This document shows, in pieces, positions 63,919 through 64,000 of a stretch of DNA of 64,000 nt (its first letter is position 1; every line of letters starts with the position of its first letter). This stretch comes from the human T2T-CHM13v2.0 reference genome, Homo sapiens. Location: the NCBI RefSeq assembly GCF_009914755.1, contig NC_060942.1. One strand, 5' to 3'. The notes under the pieces are model-generated. The model had not been told where the DNA came from, did not search any database, and worked only from the letters and a program-made list of their open reading frames with translations. Both the position numbers and the translations under genes were made by a program.

Positions 63919-64000
63919 TAGTAGAGATGGAGTTTCACCATGTTGGTCAAGCTGGTCTCGAACTCCTAACCTTAGGTGATCCACACGCCTCAGCCTCCCA

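Overview
This is Alu-dense primate (almost certainly human) genomic DNA, recognisable as the GNAL/MPPE1 locus (human 18p11.21). The + strand carries the last five coding exons of GNAL (G-alpha-olf; stop at 15845) and its long 3'UTR. The - strand carries the whole MPPE1/PGAP5 gene: nine coding exons that I spliced by hand into an intact 396-aa ORF, two inferred non-coding 5' exons, and a CpG-island promoter at about 43 kb. The two genes overlap tail-to-tail at about 18.2-20.4 kb. The last 20 kb are intergenic and made mostly of Alu, MaLR/ERV1 solo LTRs, Tigger-type DNA transposons, an Alu-interrupted RPS20 processed pseudogene and a small TSD-flanked retrocopy of an unidentified 3'UTR. Almost all ORFs in the supplied track are Alu-derived or antisense noise. 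I see no new coding system. The best leads are: (1) a possible alternative-polyadenylation switch in GNAL that would decide whether an inverted-Alu hairpin and the MPPE1 antisense overlap are included, (2) a uORF-packed MPPE1 5' leader, (3) a 456-bp Alu-flanked segment that may be a structural variant, and (4) the orphan retrocopy. Repeat subfamily names come from recalled consensus ends, not from a RepeatMasker run.
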